A DNA stretch of 63,994 bases, filler included, from Reticulomyxa filosa (taxonomy: Eukaryota; Protista; Foraminifera): assembly GCA_000512085.1 (NCBI GenBank). It is 16 parts of 16 records of this genome, joined end to end, with 100 filler letters (N's around TTAATTAATTAA, not from the genome) between each part and the next. Parts side by side here need not be neighbours in the genome. Positions count along the whole stretch, not along the records: positions 12,142 to 14,766 come from ASPP01046578.1; positions 14,867 to 17,287 come from ASPP01019155.1; positions 17,388 to 19,011 come from ASPP01020513.1; positions 19,112 to 22,426 come from ASPP01009630.1; positions 22,527 to 24,006 come from ASPP01029361.1; positions 24,107 to 25,923 come from ASPP01046184.1; 10 more parts are not named here. One strand, written 5' to 3'. Shown here in pieces: positions 12,560 to 24,211 of the stretch. Position 1 is the stretch's first letter, and the number at the start of each line of letters is the position of its first letter. A program made the position numbers and the translations under genes. The notes beneath the pieces are model-generated. The model was not told where the DNA came from and searched no databases. It saw nothing but the letters and a program-made list of their open reading frames with translations.

Positions 12560-13854
12560 ATGATTTCCCTTCGCGTCGCTGTTTATGAAAGGCCTAGTGA
12601 AGAAAGAAAAGAAGAATTTGCTAATGGCATTATTTGAAACATAGCGACAATGGTAAAGTTGAAGAAATTTGCAGAAGAAGTGAAATCATGTGCTGTCCCT
12701 GGAGATGTGTTGCATGAAGAAGTGGAGTCTTTAACGACTGCATTGAAACATAGTCTGACCAATTCATATGACGAAGAAATCAAAGCGGTGATACAGCCTA
12801 TATTGGGCCGATATAAAGAATATGCGTGGAACTTTAGCGAGCTTAAAAAAGTGTGGAAAGAAGAATTGACAAGGGCAGTGAACACACATTTTAATGGACT
12901 GCAAGTACTGCTACCATATTTTGAAACAAAAAATGACATACCTGCAAATGCAGGTGCACTGTTGGAGGCAAAGTATTTATTGTGATCATTAATAGTTGCA
13001 ATGAATAATTCGAAGAAAGCCTTGGCTGTCGTTAAACTACATTGCGAAGCTATGATTCAAGATCAGCTCTATTTGAAAACAAGGATCGAAAGTCTTGCAG
13101 GAAGTAAAGAGTTGAAGGCCATTGAAGACATCATCGACACTATCGCTGATACCAAAACTGCAACAAGATTGAAATTCGAAATCACATCGAATGTGAGGCC
13201 AGTGACTTGGGAAAACACCGGAAAAATAGTTAAAACTGCAGCCACTACCGGAGGTGCTATTGGAAGTATTCTTGGAGGTGTTATTGGAAATGCTGTTAAA
13301 GGTGCTGCTAAAGGTTCTTCTGCAGGTGCGATTGGGGCTGCTATTGGTGCTGTATCTGGAGCGTTGCTTGGTGGCTTTCTTGGATGGTTTGCCAGGAAAC
13401 AAATGAAGACACAAGAAGTTACACATATAGGATTAAAGGAAACCGTAACCGAATATCATGTTAATGAAGTGGAGTATAAAATCGATATCGATTGCAGAAA
13501 ACACAAAGAAAGCCTCAAAAAATTGGTTACGCTTTGAGGGAAGTCGCAGAACAAATGCAGACAAAATACAAAGTTTGTGATGATATTGAGAAAAGATTGA
13601 AAACACAAAATGCAAAAGAAATAAAGACAAAATTCGAAGTTTCTTTTGATATTGAGAAAAAATTGAAAGCACAAAAAGCAGAACTAGAAGAGTTTAAAAA
13701 AGTTGAAAATGAATTGGACAAGCAAATTACAAAATTAAATAGCATTCAAATGAGTTTCGACAATACTCGTGAGCATCAATGGCGAACAATGGTGAGTCAA
13801 GTTGAAGCATTCAAAAATGACATCAACCAAATTGTCAACAACGTACGAGAGTAA
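12560..13854 (+). pseudogene. Coiled-coil protein with a central glycine-zipper hydrophobic hairpin; two in-frame TGAs and one homopolymer frameshift
   Basis: ATG 12560, ORF 12650 and ORF 13001 share one frame, separated only by TGA at 12635 and 12983. An A6 run near 13517 shifts into ORF 13492..13854. Contains a GxxxG series GGAIGSILGGVIG...GAIGAAIGAVSGALLGGFLG. Confidence 0.6.
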
Positions 13855-15249
13855 ATGCAAACTATAAGACTAATCAAAATTTTTTTTTGGACAAAACATT
13901 TTCATGACTCCAATTTATTTTTCACTCCACTTTTTTCGGGGGAAATCAGAGTCTCGATATTGGCTTTTCTGACAAAAAATTTGTGCGTTTTTTCGCATAA
14001 AAAGGAAGTGTTGTGATAGGTTTGACTTTAAAACGCAAATTCTTTTCATTATCATTTACTTCCTGGCTTTATTAAATATCAAAACATCCTTTTGTTTCTT
14101 CAATATTTTTTAAATATGATTGATACCAAGTAATTGTTACAAAGGCCGACATGTTGTTAATGGAATAGAATTTGAACTAAGATGCAACAGTGAAATATAG
14201 AGGAAAAAAAGAAATACAGCTTCGAGTGCTCTAAGTGGAAAAAAAAAACAGTTATAATAATTTATTCAGCACATGTACATTTGTTTTGACTGATTAAACA
14301 AATTTTGACAATGCAAAAATTTTGAAAACAATACAGTAAATGTAAACAAAAAATAATTTACGCACAATAGGTAAATGGTTCTATCTTATTAATTGCTATA
14401 TACTCTGAATTTGTTTTTATTGAATTGATTATTTTCTATATGAACCAGAGGAAAATAGCACCACATAAAATTTCTTTTCGGAATACTTTGAGACCAACTA
14501 CACACAATACGCTGAGGAGTTTTTCCTCATGTCAACATACAGAGACAAGACATTTTTGGGAAACTCCACAACAGTGAAAAACGGTAACGACGAGAAGAAC
14601 ACTTTCCTCCTTAAGTGATCACAGTTCGAACTGAACCTCTCATTTCCCAAAAATTCAACGAAAAACCAGCCCTTTTTTTTTTTTTGTCAAAGTGGTCGTA
14701 CCCATTTTTTTTAAAGTACTCTTTTTTTTCTCATTCCCTCTCATTTGCACAAACTCTTTATTTTAANNNNNNNNNNNNNNNNNNNNNNNNNNNNNNNNNN
14801 NNNNNNNNNNTTAATTAATTAANNNNNNNNNNNNNNNNNNNNNNNNNNNNNNNNNNNNNNNNNNNNGCTATTGAGAATCCCAAGGACCAACAAATCATTT
14901 CGAATAGCCTTTCTGTTACTCTTTCCACTGCGCAAAAAAATATTGGTTGGTACGTTGTCCTTTCACATTAGAACGATAATATTTGTCACATGAGAATTTT
15001 GCAGACAACCGGAACTAAGATCAGAAAAAATACTTTTCAATTAATTGGACATTTTTCAACATGGTCACAGCATTACAAGACAGAGCTAAGAGTAGTGTGG
15101 TGATCCAGTGCATTGAAGAAGAATCGCAAGTGGTTGCTGACGAAAACTTTTTAACAAAAGTTTTTATATAAAAAAAGATGAATGCAGTAGGTGTCAAAGC
15201 GAATTCAGAATGCTGAAGACGGCCGAACAAAACGAATCAAAAACCCTTG

Positions 15250-17019
15250 GCCAACAACAATGCATTGTCAATGCGGTCAAAAATGCCTTGGAAAAAACAC
15301 CAACACACAACACAGACCATGTGCCGGCCTCAAGCTAAACAAGGCGGCCCAAAGACAACTGTAGTGACAGTGTTGTCTAGTGAGACAGCGAACATAACAC
15401 CGTGGAAATGGGTTTCATCGGAGGATTTTTTCGACTAAACAACCAACGATTGTACCAAGCGTATACGTGAACCGGACATAGGGAATTTGTTGCGCATAAG
15501 AAAGGACCTTAAGTCACCCAGCCAATCAAAATTCTCGATTTGGACGATGACTCTGTTGCCACCACAACACAACCGTATGTAGATAATGAAAAACAAACAT
15601 TCAAAATAGATAGCATCCCAATCAAAGATACAGCAAGCTTATCAGCAATTGGAGGAACATTGCAAACACACGAGCATTCCAATGCAGAAAAAACGATACC
15701 AGCCAAAATGGACATTATCCAACTACACCCGATACTTGGAACCAACAAAGCCCACGTAATCGAGATTACACCACCCGAGCCACCATTGATCCAATCACCA
15801 AACCAACCAGTGCAACCACCGGAACACATTGTGAGCACAGAAATCACGATTCTCATTCCTGCCGTTATTCCCCCCAACCAAATCCATTCAATATGCGAAA
15901 ACGCGAACGTACCCGTGCTACCAAAACACCACGAACCCGTGAGGCGCTTTACTGAAAAAATAATTGCTTATCCACTCACCGACAGCCAATGGCTTCAGTG
16001 CCAGACACCAATAAAGAAAGGAGGACTCGGCCTCAACTCTGCGAACGCTCATTCGAGCGCAGCCTTTATCACATCCGCACTAACGGCAGAGCAACAACTA
16101 CCATTGGTGCACCCACATATCCGATGCGTAGACTGGTCGTCGCAAGAAGAATTCGAAGACGCAATTACGCACTATAATAAAAACACAAAACCACAAGACA
16201 ACATCACAGATTGGTTGTTCGCTCCAAGTCAAGCAAGCCTGTCGAAGAAAGTTAACACAAAGATACAAAACGAAATACAAAATCAAAGATCCGACGACCA
16301 ACGCATCCTTATCAAAGCAATCTCCAAACCGCACGCGTCGAATTATCTCATACGCTTCCCAATAAGTTCAGACGGACGCTTCTTGACAACCGGGAAGTTC
16401 ACGCGCTTTTGCGATTCCGCTTGGGGCGCAAACAAACGTTTAAGTCCAAATGCCAGTCCAACCCCTTGTGTTCCACGCCAATGGACAGTCTCGGAAACCA
16501 TGCACTATCCTGTAAATTTTGCAAAGGACGAGTTTTTAGTCATGATGGAGTCGTGGCTTGCATTTCCAACCTTCTCAAGCGAGCTAATATCCCACATGAC
16601 AAGGCAGTTCGGGCCAATGATCTATCGCACCACAGGCCAGGAGATATCTGCCTTAAGTGATTCGACGACCCCTTCGACTTGAAGTGTCTCGACGTCGGTA
16701 TCACACACCAGCACATCATCTATCCAAATCACAAACAATCATTAAAAATGAGAAATGTGCACTCGAAAACTATTACTCAGCAAAAACAAGGAAGCACCGT
16801 CTTCGCTGTGAACAGGCCAACAAATCGTACACACCACTTATTGCCGAGACAACGGGTGGATGGCATCCAGAAACAAGATCGTTCTTCGACAGACTGGCCC
16901 AAGTGATCACCGAAAAAGAAGATGCAGACCTAGACAAAACCAAGATGCAAGTATATAGTATGTTAAGTATCCAACTTCAAAAAGGCAATGCACACATGCT
17001 CAACTCGTACTGCGCATGA
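15250..17019 (+). mobile_element. CRE-clade-like non-LTR retrotransposon remnant with restriction-like endonuclease; RT core absent
   Basis: Post-RT motif WLQCQTPIKKGGLGL, zinc knuckle C..C..D..GNHALSC, SHD (RHD-like), RPGDI, LDVGIT, K..K and PLIAETTGGW, which form the REL endonuclease signature. Frameshifts near 16400 and 16660; no introns. Confidence 0.8.
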
Positions 17020-17387
17020 GGAAAGGGACATAATAAAATTTTCGATGGAATGATGACAATGAAAAATTTAGATATAAAAATCCTATATCCCCTTTTTTCG
17101 GCCGGATTTTGAAAATCTCCCAAAATTATTTAAATTATTAAAATTTTCGCTTGTTTACGTTTTGGTTGGGTTTCTTTGGAAAATTGTAAGATTGAAGAAC
17201 CTTTGGTTCATTTAACTTATAAACTAGGGAACTATTTAATTTTCAGCCATTAGTTTCGATATGCGAGTTTTTTTGATTTTTAAAAACNNNNNNNNNNNNN
17301 NNNNNNNNNNNNNNNNNNNNNNNNNNNNNNNTTAATTAATTAANNNNNNNNNNNNNNNNNNNNNNNNNNNNNNNNNNNNNNNNNNNN

Positions 17388-17426
<39 letters not shown>

Positions 17427-17984
17427 AGCATTACTTGTGCGTTTTCTATCTTGAGACATAAAAAGAAGAGAGAGAGAGAGAGAAGTAGCACTCGCGTACT
17501 CAACACAACTTGTCTGCCTCCAACAATGCTCTTTTTATTTCGTTGAACGCCTTTTTTGACGAGGCTTGGGATTCACACGCTTCAATCCTTACTTCACTTT
17601 TTATCTATTCGTCATGGAACAGAGACTTGGGTTTTATTGCTCTTGAATTAACTGCTCATCTTGTTGTCACGATAGAAAAAAAAAAAAGAGGATGGAAATA
17701 CCTGAAGGTCCATTTCTTTTGACCTGTTCTTTTTTTTTTTTTGAAGTAAAACACTTTTAAAAAATATCGCCGATGAAAAATTCAACAAAGGAAATAATAG
17801 TTGTGCAGAAAAATAAAAGGCAAAAAAAAAGAACTATACAAGGCAATAAAAAAAAATGTTTTTCAATTTATTTATCCAATAACAATAAAAAAAAATAAAA
17901 ATAAAAAAAGGGGGGAAGTGAAAAAGGGGGGCCATTTTGGAATGTAATACAAATAAGAAAATTGTACATTATAATAATATAGCA

Positions 17985-19011
17985 ATGCCCTCAATAAATG
18001 TGAGCGAACATCGCCAAGAGCTGTTTGTCTCGCTGAAGCCGATAATCCAAAGACTCATGGCCGCCCTAGCAACGCCGCAAACGCGGTTGTCAAGTGAGCA
18101 GTTAGTGTTGACAGAGTTGGAGAATTTGAAGAAGAGTTTGGAGGAGCGATTTGCAAAGGTGTTTGTATTGGAGCACCCAATGAACGACGAGTGGTGGACA
18201 AAGAGTTTGGATTGGTCACAGCCGTGCATTCCATCTCGGTACCCGTTGGAAATGATCGAGTTATTTTTGGAGCGTCCGATATTGCATTGCAAATACGATG
18301 GAAGCAGTGTGAACACAATGCTCCTCACGCCATTATGTTAAGAAAAGAAACATCAAAACCAATATTTGTAAAAAAAAAAAAAAAACAAAACAAACTTTTG
18401 CAAATGGTAATATGAATAGTTGGTTTCATATGCATTCCATTTGCACATTTGGTGTCTCAATGGACGTTTGAGAAGCAGCATTCGGAGAGCGTGCAGATCA
18501 AGACGTTGCAGCTGTTGTCGACAGTGATTCAAAAGACGGACTGGAATGGCAAGGATACGACCGACCCCGTGCAACAGGAGTCGCTTTCGGGTCCAATGTT
18601 TGCGACGTTATTCGATATGATGGAGAAAGTGGGACGTTTTTTGTTTCAAAGTGGACATGCAAACGCACATGCAAACGCACATGCAAATGCAAATGTACAT
18701 GCAAATGCACATGCAAATATAAATGCAAGTGTGAAGTCGGACAAGCCAATAGTAAGTAACAATGAAATACTTTTTCATGGATTGAATGTAATGCAAAGCA
18801 TGTTTTTAAGCATTCGTCAGAATCGTAACTTTCATCGTCGAATGGTGTCTGAAGAGAGATACGTGCAATTCCTCGGCTTTCTGGTCAGCAGGCTGTTGGC
18901 ATTGCTTCACGAGTGGAGCACGGTCCATATTAACGTGCGAATCCAAGCGTTGTTTTTATTACATGCTGTGTTGGACTTTATTGTGCAATGGCATATCCCA
19001 TCATCATCATC
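17985..19011 (+). CDS. Alpha-solenoid protein N-terminus, possibly Sec7/MON2 DCB-like; 3' truncated
   Basis: Two helical exons including ESVQIKTLQLLSTVI, which is reminiscent of the DCB VQLKxLQ motif, plus a (HANA)n low-complexity insert. Confidence 0.35.
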
Positions 19012-19111
19012 NNNNNNNNNNNNNNNNNNNNNNNNNNNNNNNNNNNNNNNNNNNNTTAATTAATTAANNNNNNNNNNNNNNNNNNNNNNNNNNNNNNNNN
19101 NNNNNNNNNNN

Positions 19112-21292
19112 CTTATCATACAATGCTCAGTTTGCAGTGTTCAGCACTTGGACCAGCGTGCTGGTGTATCCAGCGAGCAGCAAAGATCAGACGACGCTGG
19201 CCAGTGTTGGCAGCACGGTGTGCAACAGCATAACGGGCAATGGCGTGAGCGTGCAGCATGCGTCGCAAGCGTCGAAAGACTGCTACAACACCGGAGCCTC
19301 GTCCGGCGCGCAGTGCACAGGACCGGTATACTATCCTCCGGTGGCGTTTTTGTATTCGTCGATCAGTGCTGTCAGTTGTCCGACTGCCGACTTGCGCAAC
19401 TGTTCCAATCTCGAATGGTGCGTGCGAAGTTCTCAAGGGCTCACTCAATGGTGCGACCGGTCTTCGGTCGCCGCCGACCAATATCATCCGTTTTATATCC
19501 AATGCAACCCGAGTCCCGTCCAAGTGCATACACTCAAACCCTCTGCTGCGCCCACCAAGTCGCCCACCCAACTGCCGACCAAAGTGCCCACAAACAGACC
19601 CACGCGACGTCCGACCTCCAGACCCACTCCTTTGCCGACCAAACCTCCCACCACGAGAAAGCCCACCACCCCTTTGCCCACACGTCTCCCAACCCTGCTG
19701 CCAACGTCGCATCCCACCAAACTACCTACACAAAGTCCGGCCATTGGAACAGTTTATACATATATGTACATATAATTTTTTTTTTTTTTTTTTTTTTTGA
19801 CCTATTTTTTTTTTTATTTTTAATAACCGCACTTTGCATGTATACGTATATACGTATACATATACATTCATATATATATATATATATATATATATACGTA
19901 TATATATGTATGTATATGTATACGTATATATATGTATGTATATATGTATATAGCAAGTCCCGACTTCCCCCACATCGATCCCTATCACTACATCCTCCCA
20001 TTCTCCTTCTCCTTCAACACATCAACCCACGAGCTCCATAACAACGACTTCGTCGACGTTGATATCCACAACGACGTCGACAGCTAGCAAGCCCACAGTC
20101 GGCCTTGTGACAAGTGGTCCCACGCAGGCGCCTACGGTGGACGCGGGGGCGTCGGGGAAAGGAAAAGCGTCATTTTCACGTAATGTCCTGCGATCAGATA
20201 GTATTTTGTATTTGGTCATTATCGCGCTGATCGCGACCATCTTTTGCGTCGTTCTGATGCTGGTCATGTACTGCTGCAAGCGACACCAACACAAGTCGAA
20301 TCGACCCGACGCTGACGCGAACGCCAAAAATGACAATGACAATGATAATGAATTTGTGCGAGTGGATACAATGATGCCGTCCAAGCCACCTGCGATGAAT
20401 AGCAATGTGCAGACGATGAGTTCGGCAATAGCGACGACCGCTGTGAATGCTAATTCGAACGCGCCTTTGGAAAAGCAAACGACTGAAACCGTGGGCACTG
20501 AAATCTCATATCCATCGCTTGATATTGCCGGCTTGGAGATGATATTCTATCGATCTAACAACGCCAAACAAATGACACAGCGAGAGACTATGTTTTCTGC
20601 AGAGGGACAAGAAGGGGGATCGATTCGTCGTAGACAGACTACACAACTCGAAGGGGTCGTTTCGCCAATTGCTGTTGCTGCTGCTGCTTCTGCTTCTGCT
20701 GCTGATTATCCTCAATTCCCTCCAGTCTCGCCCTCAAATCAACCTTCCTCGAAACAAAATGGCTCCATCTCCAACAAGGTCAAACAGGTCGTCGGATTGA
20801 AACTGATGAAAAAAGAGCAATCTGATCCAGGTTGGTTAATTAATACTTTCTTTTTTGTTTATTCGTCCATATTGAAAGCTTGATGTACAAATACTACTAC
20901 TACTATGCTCCTTAGTGCCTGATGAAGAAGAGGAGGACGAAGATCAAGCTATTGATTTAGAAGAAAATCCTGAGGTGCTACACATTGCTGAACCTACAAA
21001 AGATGCAAGTGATGAACTGAATCGCAAACACAAACTTGATTCGCATACAAAATTCAATGCTCAACAGCACAATGGCTCTTCCAAACATACCAGCACTGAA
21101 CACGCACACAAAACCAATGGACAACATGCACATCTCAATACCAAAAAAAATAACAAAAACTTGTTTCAATTCGAACGAGTTGATACATACGAAGAACCAG
21201 AACATCGCCAACACTTGTCCATTGATGGCAAAGTACCTATGGGAGACACTCTAATGGGCTTTGCTGGGACTTCTTTAGGTGAAAAACATTAA
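19112..21292 (+). CDS. Type I membrane / cell-surface protein: Cys-rich ectodomain, Pro-Thr stalk, TM helix, cytoplasmic tail; 5' truncated
   Basis: Cys-rich segment, (PTxx)n repeats at 19550-19735, TM segment [25 protein letters not shown] and an acidic tail. Introns near 19751-19952 and 20831-20915. Confidence 0.7.
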
Positions 21293-21667
21293 ACTAACAG
21301 ATACTTGTTTGTATATGACAAAGGGCATGTGTTTCAAATTTTTGAAAGTTGAAAAAAATTATATTAGTCAATAACAATATATTTTTTTTTCTCAAGGACT
21401 ATTTTGTAGTTTCACATATACGATGTACGATGTATAATACAACTGGCTTCTTCTGTAAATTTCTTGTTTCATTGAAAATAAAATATAAACTTTTTTTAAC
21501 TGCAATATTTTGCAACATTCTTATAACCTTCAATTAAACAGTATATTAGTTGTCTTTAATTTCTATTTATATTAAAAAGTTGATTATTTGTCCAAAAAAA
21601 AACAAAATTCACAAAATATGCTTTTTGTTATGAAAATATGAATACTTAAATAATTTTAAAATAATAT

Positions 21668-22335
21668 TACAGTAGGATAAAAAAAAAAGTTGACACCTAA
21701 AATGCCACTTTATATAGATTATTGTGTTTCTCCATGAAAAAACAACATTTAATCAAATTTTTTTCCAAAATTTTAATCTTTCATTTGATTTGGTAAGTTG
21801 ACAATCGTGTTTTTTTCGTAGTCATGAAATTTGACAATCTTTTTTTAAAAATTTTTGATATTTTCCTTTGTTTTTTTTATGTATTCGATATTGATTTTTG
21901 TCATTTTAATTATTTTTTGCCGAATATTGATTGACATTTTGCTATTTTTGTTAAAATATGAAAACAAGTCTGTTGTTTGGTGAAAGGTCTTGCTGTCGAA
22001 ATAGTACGAAATTGCTCAAGATGATTGGATTTTCTAGCAAGATAATTCAACATGCAATAAATCGGAAAAAATTATGTAATTGTTAAAACAAAAAAAATAA
22101 AAATAATGAATTTTACCAAATTCACCTGATTTAAATCCAATTGAAAATATTTAGTTGATAGTAAATACAATGGTTCACAAAAAAGGACTATTTAATATAA
22201 CTTAAGAACTTTGTAAACAATTCGAAACATAATGTGAAAAAATAGAAACAAACATTTGTGAAACTTTAATAAAGTCGATGTCAAAGATAATACATAAAGT
22301 TAAAAAACCAAAGTAGATTTAACACGTTGGTAAAC
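21668..22335 (+). mobile_element. Tc1/mariner (IS630 superfamily) DNA transposon remnant
   Basis: TA + CAGT terminus at 21668-21673. Decayed transposase motifs F*QDNSTC (about 22032-22055), PNSPDLNPIENI* (about 22116-22154) and CETLIKSM near the C-terminus. Confidence 0.8.
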
Positions 22336-22526
22336 TTAAATTAAATTTTAAAAAACAAATATTATCATACTCAAGCAACTACAAAAAATTTTTAAAGTAA
22401 ATGAAAGATTAAAATTTTTGAAAAAANNNNNNNNNNNNNNNNNNNNNNNNNNNNNNNNNNNNNNNNNNNNTTAATTAATTAANNNNNNNNNNNNNNNNNN
22501 NNNNNNNNNNNNNNNNNNNNNNNNNN

Positions 22527-22742
22527 AGATAAATTTATATTCGTTTTTGAGTGTATGATAAGAATAACAATCTCTTTGTCTAAAACCTCCACAAATGAGA
22601 ATTTCGTGTTTTGTGTAAGCACACATTGAGAATCTCTTAGTGGAATGTGCAACTCCTTCAAAATTTGAAAGTGGGCAGTAATCTGTTGACTTCGTTCAGT
22701 TTCTGTTTCAGGAAAATTTTGTGTTATAGTTTGCTTGGCCAT
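22527..22742 (-). pseudogene. Kelch-like beta-propeller family, N-terminal fragment (frameshifted)
   Basis: Correcting small frameshifts gives FQILKELHIPLRDSQCVLHKHEILICGGFRQRDCYSYHTLKNEYKFI, which has the Kelch GG/Y pattern. Confidence 0.65.
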
Positions 22743-23801
22743 GTTGTTAAGGTTTACGAAGTTTTTTTTTAGTTAATTTTTTTTAGAAAAGGGCTTTGAC
22801 ACGACCCTTTTTGAGAAAGCAAATATTTTATATTGATATTTTTTATTTGGTTAATGAAACAAAAAAATTGTACATAATTTGAGCAAAGAAAATTGAAATG
22901 CATGAAAGGTTGAATTATTGTATCGAGAATTTTCAGTGAAAGAGTATTACTATTTGCCAGTCTTTGTCCTTTTTGAAATAATGAAAGTATCAGAAACACG
23001 AAAGTTGTACTTTTCTTTTTGAATTAACTTGTTTTTTAAAAATGACAGTAAAAATCAGTTATTAAGGATCTTGAAATGATTTATACTTTATGTAGCTTTA
23101 ACTTGTATTCACATTTATTTTTTGTCTGTACAAATCCTTGTGTTAAGGCTTGCAAACAAGTTCCTTTTTAGTAAGATTTAAAAAACAGGATTGTATGACA
23201 TCTTAAACAAGTTCTATCCTTTTCGTTTTTTTGCATTCATCCAACTTGTAATTCCTGTCCAACCAACATTTTGTAAAAAAGAACTTTGCAAAAGCATTAT
23301 TATGGCATGCTGCACGTCAATATTTTTTATTGTTATGTTGTAAAAGAACAAACTTTGTGAAAAAAAAAGACATTTTTTAGCAACTAAAAACCATAAGTAA
23401 ATTTGTTATTTGTTTCACAAATCATCATACAATAAGCATAATTGATACTACAGCAAAAGATCTTTATTTCAATCAAAAACAAAACTGATCAATGTTGTCA
23501 TTGAATGTGATATTGAGAAAAAGTGTTTGACATGTTTCAAGACAATCAATTAAATCGCAAAATAAAAAGAGAAATGAACAAAAAGAAGAAAAGAAATATT
23601 ATCTAAAAATAATTGAATTAGATAAAAATGATAAATGAGATTATTAACAATGAATTATTGTATCGATCAATTAGCAAAATCAAACAAATATCTCAACAAT
23701 AACATATTTAAATGTATTGGGATCTCTATTTTGTAGTGCAATTTGAAAATTCAATTGGATAAATTGAGACTGAATCATTAAAGAGAATTTCATATATTAA
23801 T

Positions 23802-23875
23802 TACAGTAAAATGCAAAGTAAAGTTGACACCTTATAGAGATGATTGATTTTCTACATGAAAAACAACATTCAGAC
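23802..23875 (+). repeat. Diverged second copy of the Tc1-like terminus
   Basis: TA-CAGTA...AAGTTGACACC...TAGA.GATT...CATGAAAAACAACATT is shared with 21668-21750. Confidence 0.6.
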
Positions 23876-24211
23876 CTAATTTTAAAAAAATATCTACAAA
23901 TCGTGTACTTTTTAAAATCATTTGGTTTTTATTATATCTTTCCTAATTGTTTAAAAAATTTGAATATTTTATTTATTTTGTAAAATTTTTCGAGAAAAAG
24001 TTAGGCNNNNNNNNNNNNNNNNNNNNNNNNNNNNNNNNNNNNNNNNNNNNTTAATTAATTAANNNNNNNNNNNNNNNNNNNNNNNNNNNNNNNNNNNNNN
24101 NNNNNNAGTTCATTAATTTTAAACTTACGAAAATTTCAATTTGAATTGAACAAAAGAAAAGAACAATTTTTGTCCAATTCTTTAATAAAAAAGCTCTTAG
24201 CAATAACCTAA

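Noticed and set aside
12560-13854. Genome-wide UGA reassignment
   Set aside because: Conserved genes in the window use TGG for Trp and terminate at TGA (e.g. 8045, 37881, 58079).
19116-19800. Long overlapping ORFs in several frames and strands
   Set aside because: These are shadow ORFs of a GC-richer Pro/Thr-repeat exon; only the Cys-rich/PT frame makes protein sense.
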